Shown: positions 11,176 to 24,424, counted from the first letter of the stretch. The stretch is DNA of 50,459 nt from Centroscyllium fabricii (GCA_051313645.2 JBNRSN020000026.1:72987542-73038000), one strand, 5' to 3'. Numbers and translations are program-made. The notes: generated by a model not told the origin, from the sequence alone.

Positions 11176-13340
11176 TAACCCATCCCTGTGGCAGCGAGGT
11201 CTACATTCTTGTCACTCTCTGAGTAAAGAAGATTCTCCTGACTGACTTACTTGATTTTTTAAACCTTCATGCATACAATAATAATAATGAAACAGCTATT
11301 TAAGATCTCACTGGATAAATATTCTGTTTAATTCTTCGCCTTTATTGGCTGAAGAACAAATCACATCAATAGATTCAACTCTCGAAGATCCAATGCTATT
11401 TGCGATGGACTTATAATTAGAGATATTTCTAAATGAAACATCTTAGTAGTTTAGAAGCTAAGCGTTTACCTGGTAGACTTCCTTGGGGATAACGTGAGAA
11501 CTGAGTTGCTAATGCTTGCCTGTCCAATTCTCTACCTTCACTGCTCACCTTACACTGCAAGGAAGCCCCGGAGCGAGAGTTCAGGGACTTTTGAAACTTG
11601 GTATTCCGCGCGTTTTCTTTCTGAATCCTTTGATCTGTTCCGCTTTGGAGATAGACGGTCAACACCACCCAAGGCGGGGTTTATAAAAACAATTCCCCAA
11701 TAAGAATGCGACGCAAGCCTGGAGAAAATGAATCGAGACATTTCTCAGCCTGTGTGCAGCCAACCTGGGGGACAAATCGGAAGAAATATCGTTCTTGCCG
11801 TTTCCAGTATGGACGCGCCTTGTGTTGACAATTATTTAAATAATTCATCTATATTTTTTCTTTCCATTAAGATGAACACTCCTCTTAATATGAACGGAAT
11901 CACGGAGTCTCACAAAATATGGGATATTGAGAGCCAAAAACCTTAGATATTTAACTCACCACAGAAGTTAGGATATTTTGAGATGTTTCATGTGGACAAT
12001 CTGTCAATCACTCCCGGATGGTGGATCTAACCAGGTGCACTACCTAATCTATTTCTGTGTGTTGGAGGGTCATGCACCCAAAGTTGGTGGAATGGACTCA
12101 GTTTGATTATTGGAATATTTGGAAATTGGAGCTGCACCTCTTTGGAAGGAGGTGTCGCTCAGTCAACAGTCCCCCCCCCCCCGCCCCGCACTCTGTGGTA
12201 GCTCCTACAGGACACAGTTCCACTGCCATCCCATTAGGGTAACACCAACTAACATTTTTTCGAAATTGGTCTCATGTCATAAAATGAAGATAGCGCGAAT
12301 TAAGAAACCCAATGTGGAAAGAGTTTCGCCACCATCATTGCTTAACGCCTCAACCGCCCCCCACCGCCCCCCCCCCCCCCCGACATGCAACACCATTCCC
12401 TTCTTCCTGACTGACAGAAATCACCTGACTTATTTGAGAAACTGAGATGAAATTCCGAGCCCCATAGTGGAGGACAGAGCAAATGCGAGACAACGACGTA
12501 AATCAAAATGCTGTTTCGCACTGAAATGCGGGCAATTCGAACCAGCGATTGTTTCCCACAATGTAAGACAGGTCGGTGCCCCGTATGCTCGACTTCAATG
12601 ATTTGCCGAGTGCTCGTTTTTAGTCCCAACAGCCGAAATGAGTTTTGAAATTGAAAACTCCAGCTCTGCAAGTCCTAAATATGCCCAAGACTGCTCTCAA
12701 TCGGCAGCACAACATCCCAAGTGTCCAATATTACATCGTGGCTTTCGGGGCTATTAAGATGTCCCTCAGTGTCTGTATCGAATTGCTATGACTATTCTTT
12801 CAAAAAATGATTTAAAATATGGAATAGAGTGAGAGGGAGACCTAGGTCCATGATATATTTTAAACTTTAGAAACTCAACGATAGATCAGTATCTGGTGCT
12901 GTGCTGTAACGGTATTTGGCAACAATATTTCATGATATCAGGAGTTTACTGTATCGATAACAGTTTAGGGCCTTTACAAAGCATTGGGACATTGACACTG
13001 TTCCCTATAAAAGGAGCTTCATTCTAAACAGGTTTCACAGTTCAACACTTGGAAAGGAAGAGGGATTTTTTTATATGGAATTTTATTAATCTGTTAATTT
13101 GTGTACCTTTCACTGACTGCTTACCATTGCTGGAATCTGTTATATTGCGTGGGTGGAGATCACTTGTCAAACTGACACCTGAGTTTAGTCTCACCTCCAT
13201 AATAGCAGATTTGATATAATTATACGTGTTTTTTTTCTCGAAGTTGAATTGTAAATTCTTGCAACGTACATGGTGGGTGAAAAAGGGTTGCACCTGCACA
13301 TCAGAGAAGGAGAACGAGCCGGAAGCGAATCCCTAGGCTA

Positions 13341-13510
13341 CCATAGCAAAATAGTGCGGATGCTGGAAATCTGAAACAACGACAGAAAATACTGGAAAAA
13401 CTCAGCAGGCCAGGCAACATCGGTGGAGAGAGAAATATAGAGTCGACGTTTCGGGTTCGAACCCTTTGTCAAGACTAAAGCCAGAAAATGAAAGAGGTAG
13501 GAGGAGGGTA
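13341..13510 (-). mobile_element. PLE-like family B copy (a purine-rich extension may run to about 13700)
   Basis: agcaaaatagtgcggatgctggaaatctgaaac...ctcagcaggccaggcaacatcggtggagagagaaatatagagtcgacgtttcggg, homologous to 8193-8340. Confidence 0.8.
13441..13476 (-). ncRNA. Minimal hammerhead motif, U3-A8 core variant (family B)
   Basis: Minus strand AGTC-TTGACAA-A-GGGT TCGA ACCC-GAAA-CGTC-GACT. Confidence 0.7.
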
Positions 13511-14368
13511 GGGGGGGGGGGGGTGCTGGGAGGGAACAGAAAACAAAGAGAAGAGAGAACAAAGTGAAAAGACGTGAAGATGTATTCAATGCTGATGCGG
13601 ATGGGAGACAGCTGGAGATTAGGTGTGAAAAGCACTGGCAGAATGGGAGGGGGCTGCTAAGAGAGAGAGAGAGACAAGAAAAAAAAGGCGTGGATAAAAA
13701 TGGGTAAAAATAATGGGGACCGAAGTTATGATCTAGGCCACCATCTTGCCTTCTAGCTTGTGATCTATTTATTGCAGCGTGCCAACTCTCGCTCGTTACA
13801 CGCACCGCAACTCTGTGGCTGCTCAGTTCCCGCGAGAAGGGAGATTTCTCTCACGTGATTTGCAGGTGAGTTGGTACATCGATAGATCCGGGAGCCCTGA
13901 ATGTATGCAAACGAATCAATATATAAATGTGAAACTGGAAAGTGACAAGTGCCCACAATGCAGAGTGCTCTCACGGAAATACTCAATATATTTAGAAATT
14001 GAATGGATTCCTGAGAGACTAAACAGTCTTTTGACGCTGCCTTGCCCGTCTGCTGTGGAACACTCCGCAACCTCAACTCTTAACACCAATGGAATTGGAT
14101 CAATGCCCAATTACTTCTGATGTCAAGAATCAGTGGAACAGAACAGGAAGGCTGGAACACAGAATTATTGTAACTCAGGTAAGTATAGAACATGCTGGGA
14201 ATGCACCGCAGGTCTGAAAGAGGAAGGTGTGGAAACTTTCATCTCCATTGTAATAAGTTTGTTCAGGAGGCATGAAGTGATTAATTCTATGAGTAACCAT
14301 GTAAGGAGGCATAATCAGATAGTAATAACTGTATGACATCATGTTGTAATAGCAGCGTTAGGGGTCTA

Positions 14369-14822
14369 AAGAAAAGACTTGCATTTCTATAGCGCGTTTC
14401 ACGACCACTAGAAGTCCCAAAGCGCTTTTCAGCCAATGAAGTATTTGAAGTGTAATCGCTGTTGTAATGTAGGAACCGCGACAGTCAATCTGTACACAGC
14501 AAGCTCCCACAAAGAACAATGTGATAATGACCGGATAATCTGGGGGGGGGGGGGGTTTGATTGAGGGATGAATATTGGCCAGGATAACCCCCCCTGCTCT
14601 TCTTCAAAACAGTGCCATGGGATCGTTTACGTCCAACGGAGAGAGCAGACTGAGCCTCGGTTAAACGGCTCATCCGTCAGACGGCACCTCCGACAGTGCG
14701 GCACTCCCTCAGCACTGCACTGGAACGCCAGCCTAGATTTTTATGCTTAAGTCTCTGGAGTGGGGGACTTTGAACTCACAACCTTGATGACTCACTAGGC
14801 GAGGGTGCTACCAACCGAGCCA
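14369..14822 (-). mobile_element. Deu-domain tRNA-derived SINE, near full length
   Basis: Collinear with 5928-6376, including the head (tggctcggttggtagcaccc...gtgagttcaaagtcc). Confidence 0.8.
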
Positions 14823-14900
14823 AGGAATAATCTGCCAAGAACAGCCTGCCCTTGCATCTTGACACATGTTGTCCTTGATACAATGTTCTTATGGAATGGA

Positions 14901-15068
14901 TTCAAGAGGCATGAAGTGATTCATTCTATGAATAACCATGCAAGGAAGCATGATCAGATAATAATAACTGTATGACATCATGCTGTAATGGCAGAATTAG
15001 GGATCTAAAAAGAAAAAAAAAGACTTGCGTTTCTACAACGCATTTCACGATCACCAGAAGTCCCAAAG
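14901..15068 (+). repeat. Local direct duplication of 14262-14422
   Basis: gaggcatgaagtgatt...aataactgtatgacatcatg...gacttgc...agaagtcccaaag occurs at both positions with scattered substitutions. Confidence 0.85.
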
Positions 15069-15385
15069 ATGGCGGGGGAGTCCAGAACCAGGGGTCACAG
15101 TCTAACGATAAGGGGTGAGCCATTTAGGACAGAGATGAGGAGGAATTTCTTTCACTCAGAGAGTGGTGAACCTGTGGAATTCTCTACCACAGAAGGTAGC
15201 AGAGGCCAATTCATGAAATATATTCAAGAAGGGGTTAGATATATTTATTAAGGCTAAAGGGATCAAGGGATATGGGGAGAAGGCAGGGACGGGGTGCTGG
15301 GTTTGGATGATCAGCCATGATCTCATTGAATGGCGGAGCAGGCTCGAGGGGCCGACGACTCCTGCTCCTATCTTCTATGTTTCTA
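15069..15385 (+). mobile_element. CR1 (HER1-like) LINE 3' fragment
   Basis: Encodes GESRTRGHSLTIRGEPFRTEMRRNFF and has the same 3' tail as the V-SINEs. Confidence 0.9.
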
Positions 15386-16384
15386 GGAGCTGCCAATTCA
15401 CACTGGATCATCCTATCTGGGTATTTGGAACTCATGCATAATTGGATTTGTACAAGAAACCCGTGAGCTTGGGTGAATAACCCACGCTCGAATCCCTGTA
15501 ATGAATTTCCTCCTTTGGGATCTAAAGTCTAAAACTACTCGAACGCTCTTTCAGACTTTGACAAGGAGTTTTCCGCTGTTCCTTTTCTTGGCGAAGGTAT
15601 GATCATGGCGGAGTTCACTTGAACAATCTCACCCAAGGTCGCCTGTTAATGATTACATGTTGTTTGGACAGGCCAAAATATGTTGTGCCATCAATTTTTC
15701 TTCCCAATGGACTAGGGAGTAAACCTGAGAGAAACCTGGTTTGACTCGCATTATTCCATCTGTCATTGGCGTGTTAATTTTGGGCGTTCCTCAAACATGC
15801 AGCAACAGGAGATGCAGTGATGTAACCTATTTTCAGCAGTACTGCGGGAAACCGCAGAATGTTGGACATTTTATACGCAATGTGAAAATAATAACATATT
15901 GCTGCAGCAACCGAGCAATATTGCTGTGATGTACTATAACATTTACTGAAAGGGCCTTCAATAAAATTAAGGCGCCGTGGCTGTCCAGACTTCATGGCAT
16001 TGGGTCTTCTGCCAAGTCTATATGAACTTTTCCTGAAAATGTTGACTAATCACACCAGTTGCCTTCAGATACGTTGAATGCTCAGGTCTTTTAATATTTG
16101 CCAAAACTCTCAATATCGCAATAGGGATTTGGCCGCCTTTCGAGACATCGTTTGGCGATTCAAGGCAGAAGTTTTACTTGCCCATACCATCACAAATCTA
16201 TTTCTATCATAACTCGCCTTTCGAATGAGACGTTAAGCCTTCTCAGGGAGGCGTAAACAAGCCTACTCGAAGAATATCCTTTAAAAAAAAAATTCTGTGT
16301 GTTTTCACAGACACAAGACTGCCACATTTGACCCTTTGTGACTGTGCCCCATTGATCTCAGACTGGTGCCTGATTAATATGTTT

Positions 16385-16587
16385 AAATATGTTGAAACAC
16401 CTTTGTCTGCTCTGTGTCTCTCTGCTGAGGTGTGATGTTGGAAGAGATTAGATTGCTCTCTCCCTGGTATATGTGCTGTCTTCAAATTAACTTCTCTTTC
16501 GCCTGAGGAAGGAGCAGCGCTCCGAAAGCTTGTGATTTCAAATAAAACTGTTGGACTATAACCTGGTGTTGTGTGACTTCTTGCATT
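16385..16587 (+). mobile_element. PLE-like family A copy
   Basis: Internal segment, hammerhead, then caaataaaactgttggactataacctggtgttgtgtgacttcttgca. Confidence 0.8.
16499..16535 (+). ncRNA. Minimal hammerhead motif (family A)
   Basis: TCGC-CTGAGGA-A-GGAGC AGC GCTCC-GAAA-GCTT-GTGA: perfect 5-bp stem II and stem I with one G.U pair. Confidence 0.72.
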
Positions 16588-16589
16588 AC

Positions 16590-16842
16590 TCGAAGAAGAG
16601 CAGGGCGAGTTCTCCCCGGTGCTCAGGTCCACATTCATCCCCCACCCAACACCTAAATCAGATGATCTGGCCATCTATGTCATCGCTGCCTGTGGCAGCT
16701 TGCTGTGTGCGAATTGGCTCCCTCTTTCCCTTACATTACAGCGCTGACTCCACCTCACAAGGTACTTTATTGGTGGTAAAGCGTGCTGGGACATCCTGGG
16801 GTTGTGGATGGCGTCATATCAATGCAAGTCTTTCTTTTCTTT
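16590..16842 (+). mobile_element. Deu-domain SINE 3' half
   Basis: cgaagaagagcagggcgagttctcccc...gcttgctgtgtgcgaattggct...aatgcaagtctttc. Confidence 0.7.
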
Positions 16843-17382
16843 CAATAACATCATTTAGTTCTAGTTAGCACTTGATTCGGAAAATGCAGCGTTGTTCACA
16901 AAAAGGGACCGGTCTTTTTGGCCTATGCAATGTTATGACTGGTATAACAGCCAGAGTACTGCACATTGAAATATTTCCATTTGTGTGTGTGTGTGCTGCT
17001 CCGTATTAATTAGAAACAGTGTCGTGATTATGATTTATTGAAGGAGATGTAATACTTTTTATACTGGCGTGGCGCATTATTTCAAAATCTTTCTTTTAAA
17101 TGACAGCATAATATGCTTGGTCACAGCAAGAATTAATAACAACATCCTTTGGAAATCACAAGATTTTGGTCTATTAAGCGAGTGTGTATGTGCTTGTGAT
17201 GCGAATATATGGGAGATTGAAGAAGGACATGTAACATCGACCATGGTGAACCCACCGAACAGAGAATTGCCGGGCAGCTTTTCGATAGTGAATTATAGTG
17301 AGCACCTACAGCCCTAGTGTTCAATATCTACCCGCCGGTTATTATGAGGTAGAATTGCCCAAGAGTTTGCAGAATGACCTGT

Positions 17383-17443
17383 CTGGTGTTGTGTGACTTC
17401 TTGCATTTGTCCACCCCAGTCCAACACCGGCACCTCCACATCC
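17383..17443 (+). mobile_element. PLE family A 3' end and tail fragment
   Basis: ctggtgttgtgtgacttcttgcatttgtccaccccagtccaacaccggcacctccacatc. Confidence 0.8.
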
Positions 17444-18604
17444 TGTCTAGTTTAGTCCACCTAGTTTGATGGGAAGTGTTGAGCTGGGATTCAAAGGGTT
17501 TATTGAAGAACGAAAATGTATTCATTTAATCTTGTGCAAGTATACGCACAATGTATACCTGCCGGCCCTGTACAGAAATCACCTGGTTTGATCTTCCAGC
17601 TTACACCTAGTCTGACGGTCTGGTAGATACCTCATAAAGGAACTGCCTGCATGTTTTATGGAGAGAATAAGAGCATAAGCTGATGGTTTTGTGTAGTTTA
17701 AATCTAGTATATGCAGGCTCTACGGGTCTGATACACACATCATGTACATAATCGAAGGATCTTGTACATACAGTGCAGGCAATGTGTGCTTTCTTTCTAC
17801 ATGGCGATACCAGACATGAATACCGCGTATTTTCTTTCTCCATGTGGATTCTGCGACTGACAGAGCTTTGTGTTCACATTGTGGTTACTGTTGTTCGTGT
17901 TTTGTCAGATGTGACAAGAAGGCCACCCCCTGTGTCTCGTTTCAGACAGAATTAAATATTTTCCCATTAGTGATTCAGTTTTTTCTCACAAAGGTCCCCC
18001 ATATGTTTTCATGTAACTGGAACAAGTCAACAAGAAGCACACATTTAAGATAGTGTCGGAGACTGTGATCTCCTAACAAATAAATCAGCCAACTCGGAGG
18101 AGCAACTGCAAAACTGGTCATGTTAGTTCAAACTCCAAAAACATTCGAACAACAAAAGCCCATGCAGAATGCGCGATGACATCACCAACTGGTCTGTTTT
18201 CCCTCTCTCTTAAAGGGGAGGGGAAACCTGTAAGTTAAAGGGGGGGTTTACGTGCAATTATTATGTACAGTCTTTTATTCCCCCATGTGGAAATGTCACA
18301 GTATAAATAAATAAATAACCAGACAGGTTAGAAACCAATTAATTACAGAGAGAGTGGTTAGGTGTAGGATTCACCACCACAAACTATTGGTGAAGCCTAT
18401 ATGGGGCAGATGCTTCAAAGAAGAGGACTATAGAGAGAAGAGGGAGAGAGCAGAAGAGTGGCATTAATCCAGGAGAGTCCTGTGGAGAAAAATACGGCGC
18501 CGACTTGATCGGCCGAATGGCCTTTTTCTGTACTCTAACGCTTTCTTTGATTCTATGTACAATTGAATATATTTTCTAGCATAATGAATTTTGTATTAGG
18601 AATA

Positions 18605-18695
18605 AAGTGCAATTTCCTACATGCCAACAGTGACCACTCTTCAAGAAGTACTTCATTGGCTGTAAAGCGCTTTGGGACGGCTGTTGGCCGTGAAA
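18605..18695 (-). mobile_element. Deu-domain SINE fragment
   Basis: tttcctacatgccaacagtgaccactcttcaagaagtacttcattggctgtaaagcgctttgggacg is the reverse complement of 5960-6035, i.e. the same orientation as the 26222-26505 copy; the strand field here is uncertain. Confidence 0.55.
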
Positions 18696-20339
18696 TACGT
18701 GGGAGAATTGTCTGCCTTTTTGTTACATTTTTGTAGTTCATTCTTTACTTATCCTGCTTAGCGAGTGCTGCGGTGGTTTACTTACTAAGTCGGGCACAGT
18801 CTTACTCGAGATAGCAACTTGTAGGGCATTGGAGTTGGTATCAGCTTGAATCCAACTGGTTGCTCATGAAGGTCGGAATCCACTGGGTTCCCATCCGAAT
18901 AGTTTCATCAATATTTGGTTTTGATGAAGTACACGGTGTGAGGCTCGTTTGAAACGGCAAATAACGTGGTAAGACACCTCGAATATCAGAAGAAATAAAA
19001 AGTCTAGCAGTCCCATTGAAAATAGTGCGAGCTGATGCTTAACACGTTTCTGATCCTGAACATCCAGGTGTACTTCCGGTTTGTTATTTAAACACTTCCT
19101 TTAAATAAAAACAATGCAAAAAACTAATTGTGAGGCTGCAGAGCCTTAAAACTGCGACAATGTATTAGGAAACCAACATTTGTATACTTGTGCTGATGAA
19201 TATATCGGACAAACACGATATGTGCATCAGATGCACTGTAAAAATGAGAGTGACTATAATTAAATATGTAACCCTCCATTCTGGTCATATTTCATTCTAT
19301 TTGAGCCTGGTTATTTCTGTGAAAACTGCTTGCCAGGCGATTAGTTGACTCCAGCTTACTGGAAACTCGGTTTAATATTCGGTGCATGACCATCCATTGG
19401 AATAGATAAGGACAAAGGCCGTAAAGGAGAAAGGCCCAATTTTCGGTGCTGTTACCTGTAGGTGTTGGTTGGCAGGGTTTCGATTGGTAGCTTTTATTAC
19501 CCCGACAATTGTGTGATCATTTAGCCCCCCCCCCCCCCCCCCCCCCCAAAATTATAAACCCATTCACTCCTCAATTAGTAATCTGGGCGCTTTAAATGGA
19601 AAAGCATCAGTTAAAGCATCAATTTGACTCGGCTGAGCTGCAAAAATTCAAACTAGAAATTGGTCTTTGTCAGTCTGAAGGACTCATGATCAAACGCCGG
19701 TGCCATTCTGAATTTAACGGCGTTACTTAAAATAGAGTGCAGGATTAAAGTAGACAAGGCAATTGAGATGCAATGCTCATTCAGTCTCAAGTCAGTGTCC
19801 GGATGGGAACGTCTATCAAATATCATATTGTTGCAATGGTATTTTATATCGTCAAAGCCCTTCATTACAGAAATAACCTTTGCCAAGAGAAATGTAATTG
19901 GGCTCATTGTTAACGAGATGCAATTTTAAATTCTTTGACCCGAGTCATTTCATAAAACCATGATATTATTATGGTGCCTACTTTTACATTCTCGAATTGC
20001 AGGCGCCAAGTGCCTGAAGACGTGTGTTCAAAGGGTCGCTGTCAACTGTGCCCTGGCTAGCATTCATTTACACGCCAAGCTTATCAGCAGCATAGCGTTG
20101 GACAAGCAATGGAGTTACATCAAATAGCCGATGATTCAGCCTGTCCCTCGGTTACCCGGTGCTAAAAAAATACCCTTCAGTGTAGACCGTGAATAAAACA
20201 AATTGCGCGCATGTCAGAATATAAACTCATGTCATTTTGTAATGTGCAGGTTCTGGTCTCCGCGCTATTCGGAACTTTCCTTCCGATAGAGTGGCAACCC
20301 AGATGGCGTATATTGTATATATTGTATATATTGTATATA

Positions 20340-20734
20340 GGGCGGCACGGTGGCATAGTGGTTAGCACTGGAGACCGGGTTCAAATCCGGCCTCGGGTAC
20401 TATCTGTGTGGAGTTTGCACATTCTCCCCGTGTCTGCGTGGGTTTCCTCCGGGTGCTCCGGTTTCCTCCCACAGTCCAAAGATGTGCGGGTTAGGTTGAT
20501 TGGCCAGGATAAATTGACCCTTAGTGTTAGGGCGATTAAATATGTGGGGTTACGGGGATAGGGTGGGATATGTGATATGTGATAGTTCTTAGAATTGGGG
20601 GGTGTCAGGGGGATATGGGGACAAGGCAGGGACAGGGTACTGGGTTTGGATGATCAGCCATGATCTCATTGAATGGCGGAGCAGGCTCGAAGGGCCGAAT
20701 GGCCTACTCCTGCTCCTATCTTCTGTGTTTCTGT
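20340..20734 (+). mobile_element. Near full-length HE1-like V-SINE
   Basis: gggcggcacggtggcatagtggttagcactg (A box), gggttcaaatcc (B box), V domain and CR1-derived tail. Confidence 0.9.
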
Positions 20735-21917
20735 ATATGATGCAGAGAAGAGTGTTCTAAGTCTAAGTTACCTGTTTAAATCCTTCCGCGAAACCCCTCT
20801 ATATTAGAATGTGAAAACCTTCAAGCCTGTTTCAATATTAACAATTTAACCTCTTCAAAACGCGTGTAAGCATAGAGGAGAGAAAATGGTTACCACCATT
20901 AGAAAAGGTAGTTCAGTAAGTTACATGAAGCTTCACTATTCGGGTTAAACTGCGTCCAAGGTTAGCACCTTGAAGGGCATCCGTGTGGGAGTGTCTAAAC
21001 TCGTAGGCGCCCAAGAACTTTGACCCCCCTTGAGAGATTAACTCTTGTGAAAAATACTAATCAATGAACTGAGGCAACCCTGGAAAATCGCCCTCTATCA
21101 AGAAGGAAACGCTACATAAGCGTGGAAATTGCATCCCTGCAATTGTAGTACCATGCTGCCCAGGGCTGTGCTGCCCAGGGCTGATACACTAACTCCGGCA
21201 CGTTATTAAAGCTCTAGGAATTTTGAAAATGGGTTCGAATGTATAGGCCTTTCCTCGCCCATAAATTAAAGTTAGCAGCTCCGGGGTTTTTTTTAAGGGG
21301 AAAATGCCTTGCACGTAAATCAACGTGTGTTTTCCCTTCCCCCGCCCCCTCCTGTGCTGACTTAATGCAAAGTCTCTTATCTCCAGAACGCAAATACAGG
21401 GATGAAACAATGCCAAGTAAAACTCTCTGACGCAACTGCAGTGCAAAGGCTCCAGAAGACGTTGGCAGTTTATTCGCATTCAAACCACGAAGTCGAGGAT
21501 GGGGTGTTTTTGGCGAACTGCCACACACACACCCAAATCGATTTACAAAACCCTGAACCTCTTCATAAAGGGCAGGATTGCGTTTTCCTCACTGGTATTA
21601 CTGCACACTGGATCATGCTGTCCAGTGCAGTCTATACATGCTGCAGTTAAAGATCGATCATTTAGCATAGCCCGTTTCTGTCGTGATTCTCTGCGCTCGC
21701 TTTGTCTGCCATATTTTGACTTCAAATGGACTAGGCAGTAAGTGGCTGGATATGATTAACCGCCTGCTCTACGCCATGTATTCCGATATTCCAACCAACA
21801 CTTGCTGAACATCACTAAAAACAATTTAACGTGTTTGGTCATTGTTTGTATCTGTTATCGGACATTGTATAGAATCATCATATATTCAAGGTGTTATAGC
21901 TTCCACTACAATGGGGG

Positions 21918-22070
21918 GTATAGAATCACAGAACAGTCCAGCGCCGAAGGCGGCCATTCGGCCCGTCGTGTCTGCTCTTTCGAATAGTAATCCACTTAGT
22001 CCCACTCCCCGGCTCTTTCCTCGTATCGCTGCAATTTGTTTCTCTTCAAGTATTTATCCAAATCCCTTTT
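21918..22070 (-). mobile_element. Short old CR1 3' fragment
   Basis: tagaatcacagaacagtccagcgccgaaggcggccattcggccc...tttatccaaatcccttt, related to 9043-9200. Confidence 0.55.
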
Positions 22071-22185
22071 TATGAAGTCATCCTATTATTATGACACGAT
22101 CAGTACAGTCTGATGGAGCCTATTTCAGCTTAATCAAAAGTAGCCCAATGCACAGTGGAGTCTACCGCCCCGCCATTCTCCGCTT

Positions 22186-22447
22186 CATAGAAACATAGAC
22201 ACATAGAAACAAGGAGCAGGAGTCGGCCATTCGGCCCTTCGAGGCTGCTCCGCCATTCAATGAGATCATGGCTGATCATCCAAACCCAGTACCCCGCCCC
22301 TGCCCTCTCCCCATATCCCTCGATCCCCATCGAGCCTGCACCGACACATATCCCACCCTATCCCCGTAACCCCACATATTCAATCCCCCTAACACTAAGG
22401 GTCAATTTATCATGGCCAATCAACCTAACCCGCAACCTAACCCGCAC
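22186..22447 (-). mobile_element. 5'-truncated HE1-like V-SINE
   Basis: Reverse complement of the 6416-6670 type. Confidence 0.88.
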
Positions 22448-22592
22448 AATCTACAAGCTTTTAATACCCAAATTTGGTGTCACTTAAGCAATATTTCTTA
22501 CCTTACCGCTCCTTCTGGCTTACTCTTTTCAACCTCGGCGTTGGTTTTCTCTGTGGATTTTGATGTTTCGCCGAGATTTCCCAATAGAAATT

Positions 22593-22642
22593 CTCAAATA
22601 AAACCGTTGGACTATAAATCTGGTGTTGTGTGACTTGTTGCA
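22593..22642 (+). mobile_element. PLE family A fragment
   Basis: tcaaataaaaccgttggactataaatctggtgttgtgtgacttgttgca. Confidence 0.65.
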
Positions 22643-22693
22643 AATGAAACTAGCCTTCCTAAAGGCAACGTTCGCGTGTTCACGCGGGTGTTT

Positions 22694-23093
22694 GAGTTGG
22701 AAGGATGCGGGTTTAAGCCCCGCTCCAGAGCACATCATCCAGGCTGACCCTTCAAGGCAGCACTGACAGAGTGCCACACTGTCAGAGATGTCGTCTTTTG
22801 GGTGAGAAGTTAATCAGAGCCCTCCTCTGCCCGCTCGGGTGAACCTGCAAGATCCTGTGGCACCTCCAAGAAAAACAGGGTGCTTCACCCGGTGTCCCGG
22901 TCTATAGTTATCCCTTCTTTAACATCACAAAAAACAGATTGTCTGGTCACTGCCTCATTGCTGTTTATGGGAGCTTGCTGTGCGCAATTTGGCTGCCGCG
23001 TTTCCTACATTTCAACAGTGACTACACTTCAAAAAGTACTTAATTGGCTGCAAAGCGCGTTGGGACGTCCTGAGATCGTGAAAGGCGCTATAT
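22694..23093 (+). mobile_element. Deu-domain SINE with its tail split by a CR1 insertion (remainder at 23531-23552)
   Basis: Deu core gggagcttgctgtgcgcaatttggctgccgcgtttcctacatt ending gaaaggcgctata; the tail tataaatgaacatttctttc resumes after the CR1. Confidence 0.75.
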
Positions 23094-23094
23094 T

Positions 23095-23533
23095 GTGTCG
23101 ATTGGGCTTATACTCACTGGAGTTTAGAAGATTGAGAGGGGATTTCATCAAAACCTATAAAATTCTGTCAGGCCTGGACAGACTAGATGCAGGAAGGATG
23201 TTCCCGATGGTGGGGGAGTCCAGAACCAGGGGTCACAGTCTAAGGATAAGGGGTAAGCCATTTAGGACAGAGATGAGGAATTTCTTCACCCAGAGAGTGG
23301 TGAACCTGTGGAATTCTCTGCCACAGAGGGCGGTGGAGGTCAATTCATTAAATATATTCAAGAAGGAGTTGGATATATTCCTTAAGGCTAAAGGGATCAA
23401 TGGATATGGGGAGAGGGCAGGGGCGGGGTACTGAGTTTGGATGATTAGCCATGATCTCATTGAATGGCGGAGCGGGCTCGAGGGGCCGAATGGCCGACTC
23501 CTGCTCCTATCTTCTATGTTTCTATGTTTCTAT
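23095..23533 (+). mobile_element. CR1 (HER1-like) LINE 3' fragment, ORF2 C-terminus remnant
   Basis: RLGLYSLEFRRLRGDFIKTYKIL...SRTRGHSLRIRGKPFRTEMRNFFTQRVVNLWNSLP, followed by a (tttctatg)n tail. Confidence 0.93.
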
Positions 23534-24323
23534 ATAAATGAACATTTCTTTCAATCCTATTGCATATATTATTAATGGTAATTGCTTTGTCCGTGTTACT
23601 TTTGTCAGCCTTCCAATTCAAAATATTATATTCTCCATATAACTTCATTTTGTCTGGAGGGAATAATGCTGATTCTATACTCGAGGGCGTTTATACTCAT
23701 GGGGATCAGTAAAGACAGACAAAAAAAACACTGACATGTGTTACTGTTGCAAAATGCTGACGTTTAATCTTCGTACTTTCTCAGCATTTCCAAAATAAGA
23801 GTTTTCTTGTTCCAAATGGAAAAGTGCAAACTTGCAGAAACCGTGGGTTGAGGTTTCCGGGCTGCATGAGTTGTGTCTGTCTGTGCATGGGGGAGGGGAT
23901 GGAACAGCTGAATATTCGCTCTGGCCCGCCTGTCTCTGCATCGCGGTGTCTGTTATTATGTCGAAAAGGCTGGCTTGGGATCTCACCTACATCCATCAAG
24001 CTCGATTTATCAGTTAACTCTGAAACCGGGAAGAGATTTTGTTGTTGTTGTAGCCTTTCTGACTTTGGGTATTTTTGATTAATTGTGACGTCATTAGCGC
24101 AGCAGTCAAAAACACGCATTTAAAGATTGGGGCTCTCTGTCACAACTTGTTCAACAACGCCCATTGGCCATTTACTTACGGCATCATCTGCGTAGCAGCA
24201 TGAAAGGACCAATTCTGCAACTGCCTAGTAACATAAGTTGTGTGTTTAAAGTATGGCACGGACCAGCAGCCACAGTTAACGCACTTTCACTATTCCAACA
24301 TCATTGAATCCGATATTATTGTC

Positions 24324-24424
24324 ATGATGTGGAGGTGCCGGTGTTGGACTGGGGTGGACAAATGCAAGAAGTCACACAACACCAGGTTATAGACCTATAT
24401 AGGACTATAACCTGGTGTGTGACG
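24324..24424 (-). mobile_element. Short PLE family A fold-back insertion with TSD
   Basis: Tail, then caccaggttatag...ctataacctggtg inverted arms. TSD gatattattgtc at 24312-24323 and 24428-24439. Confidence 0.85.

Noticed and set aside
20340-20400. tRNA-like sequences at SINE heads (also near 7392, 6310-6376 and 14760-14822)
   Set aside because: A/B boxes only, with no complete cloverleaf; they are SINE promoters.
21155-21184. Short tandem duplications (gctgcccagggctg x2; also a 9-bp repeat at 20307-20339)
   Set aside because: Ordinary slippage products with no further structure.
22880-23434. 184-aa ORF, the longest in the track
   Set aside because: Chimera of a Deu-SINE read-through and a CR1 ORF2 remnant; not a host gene.
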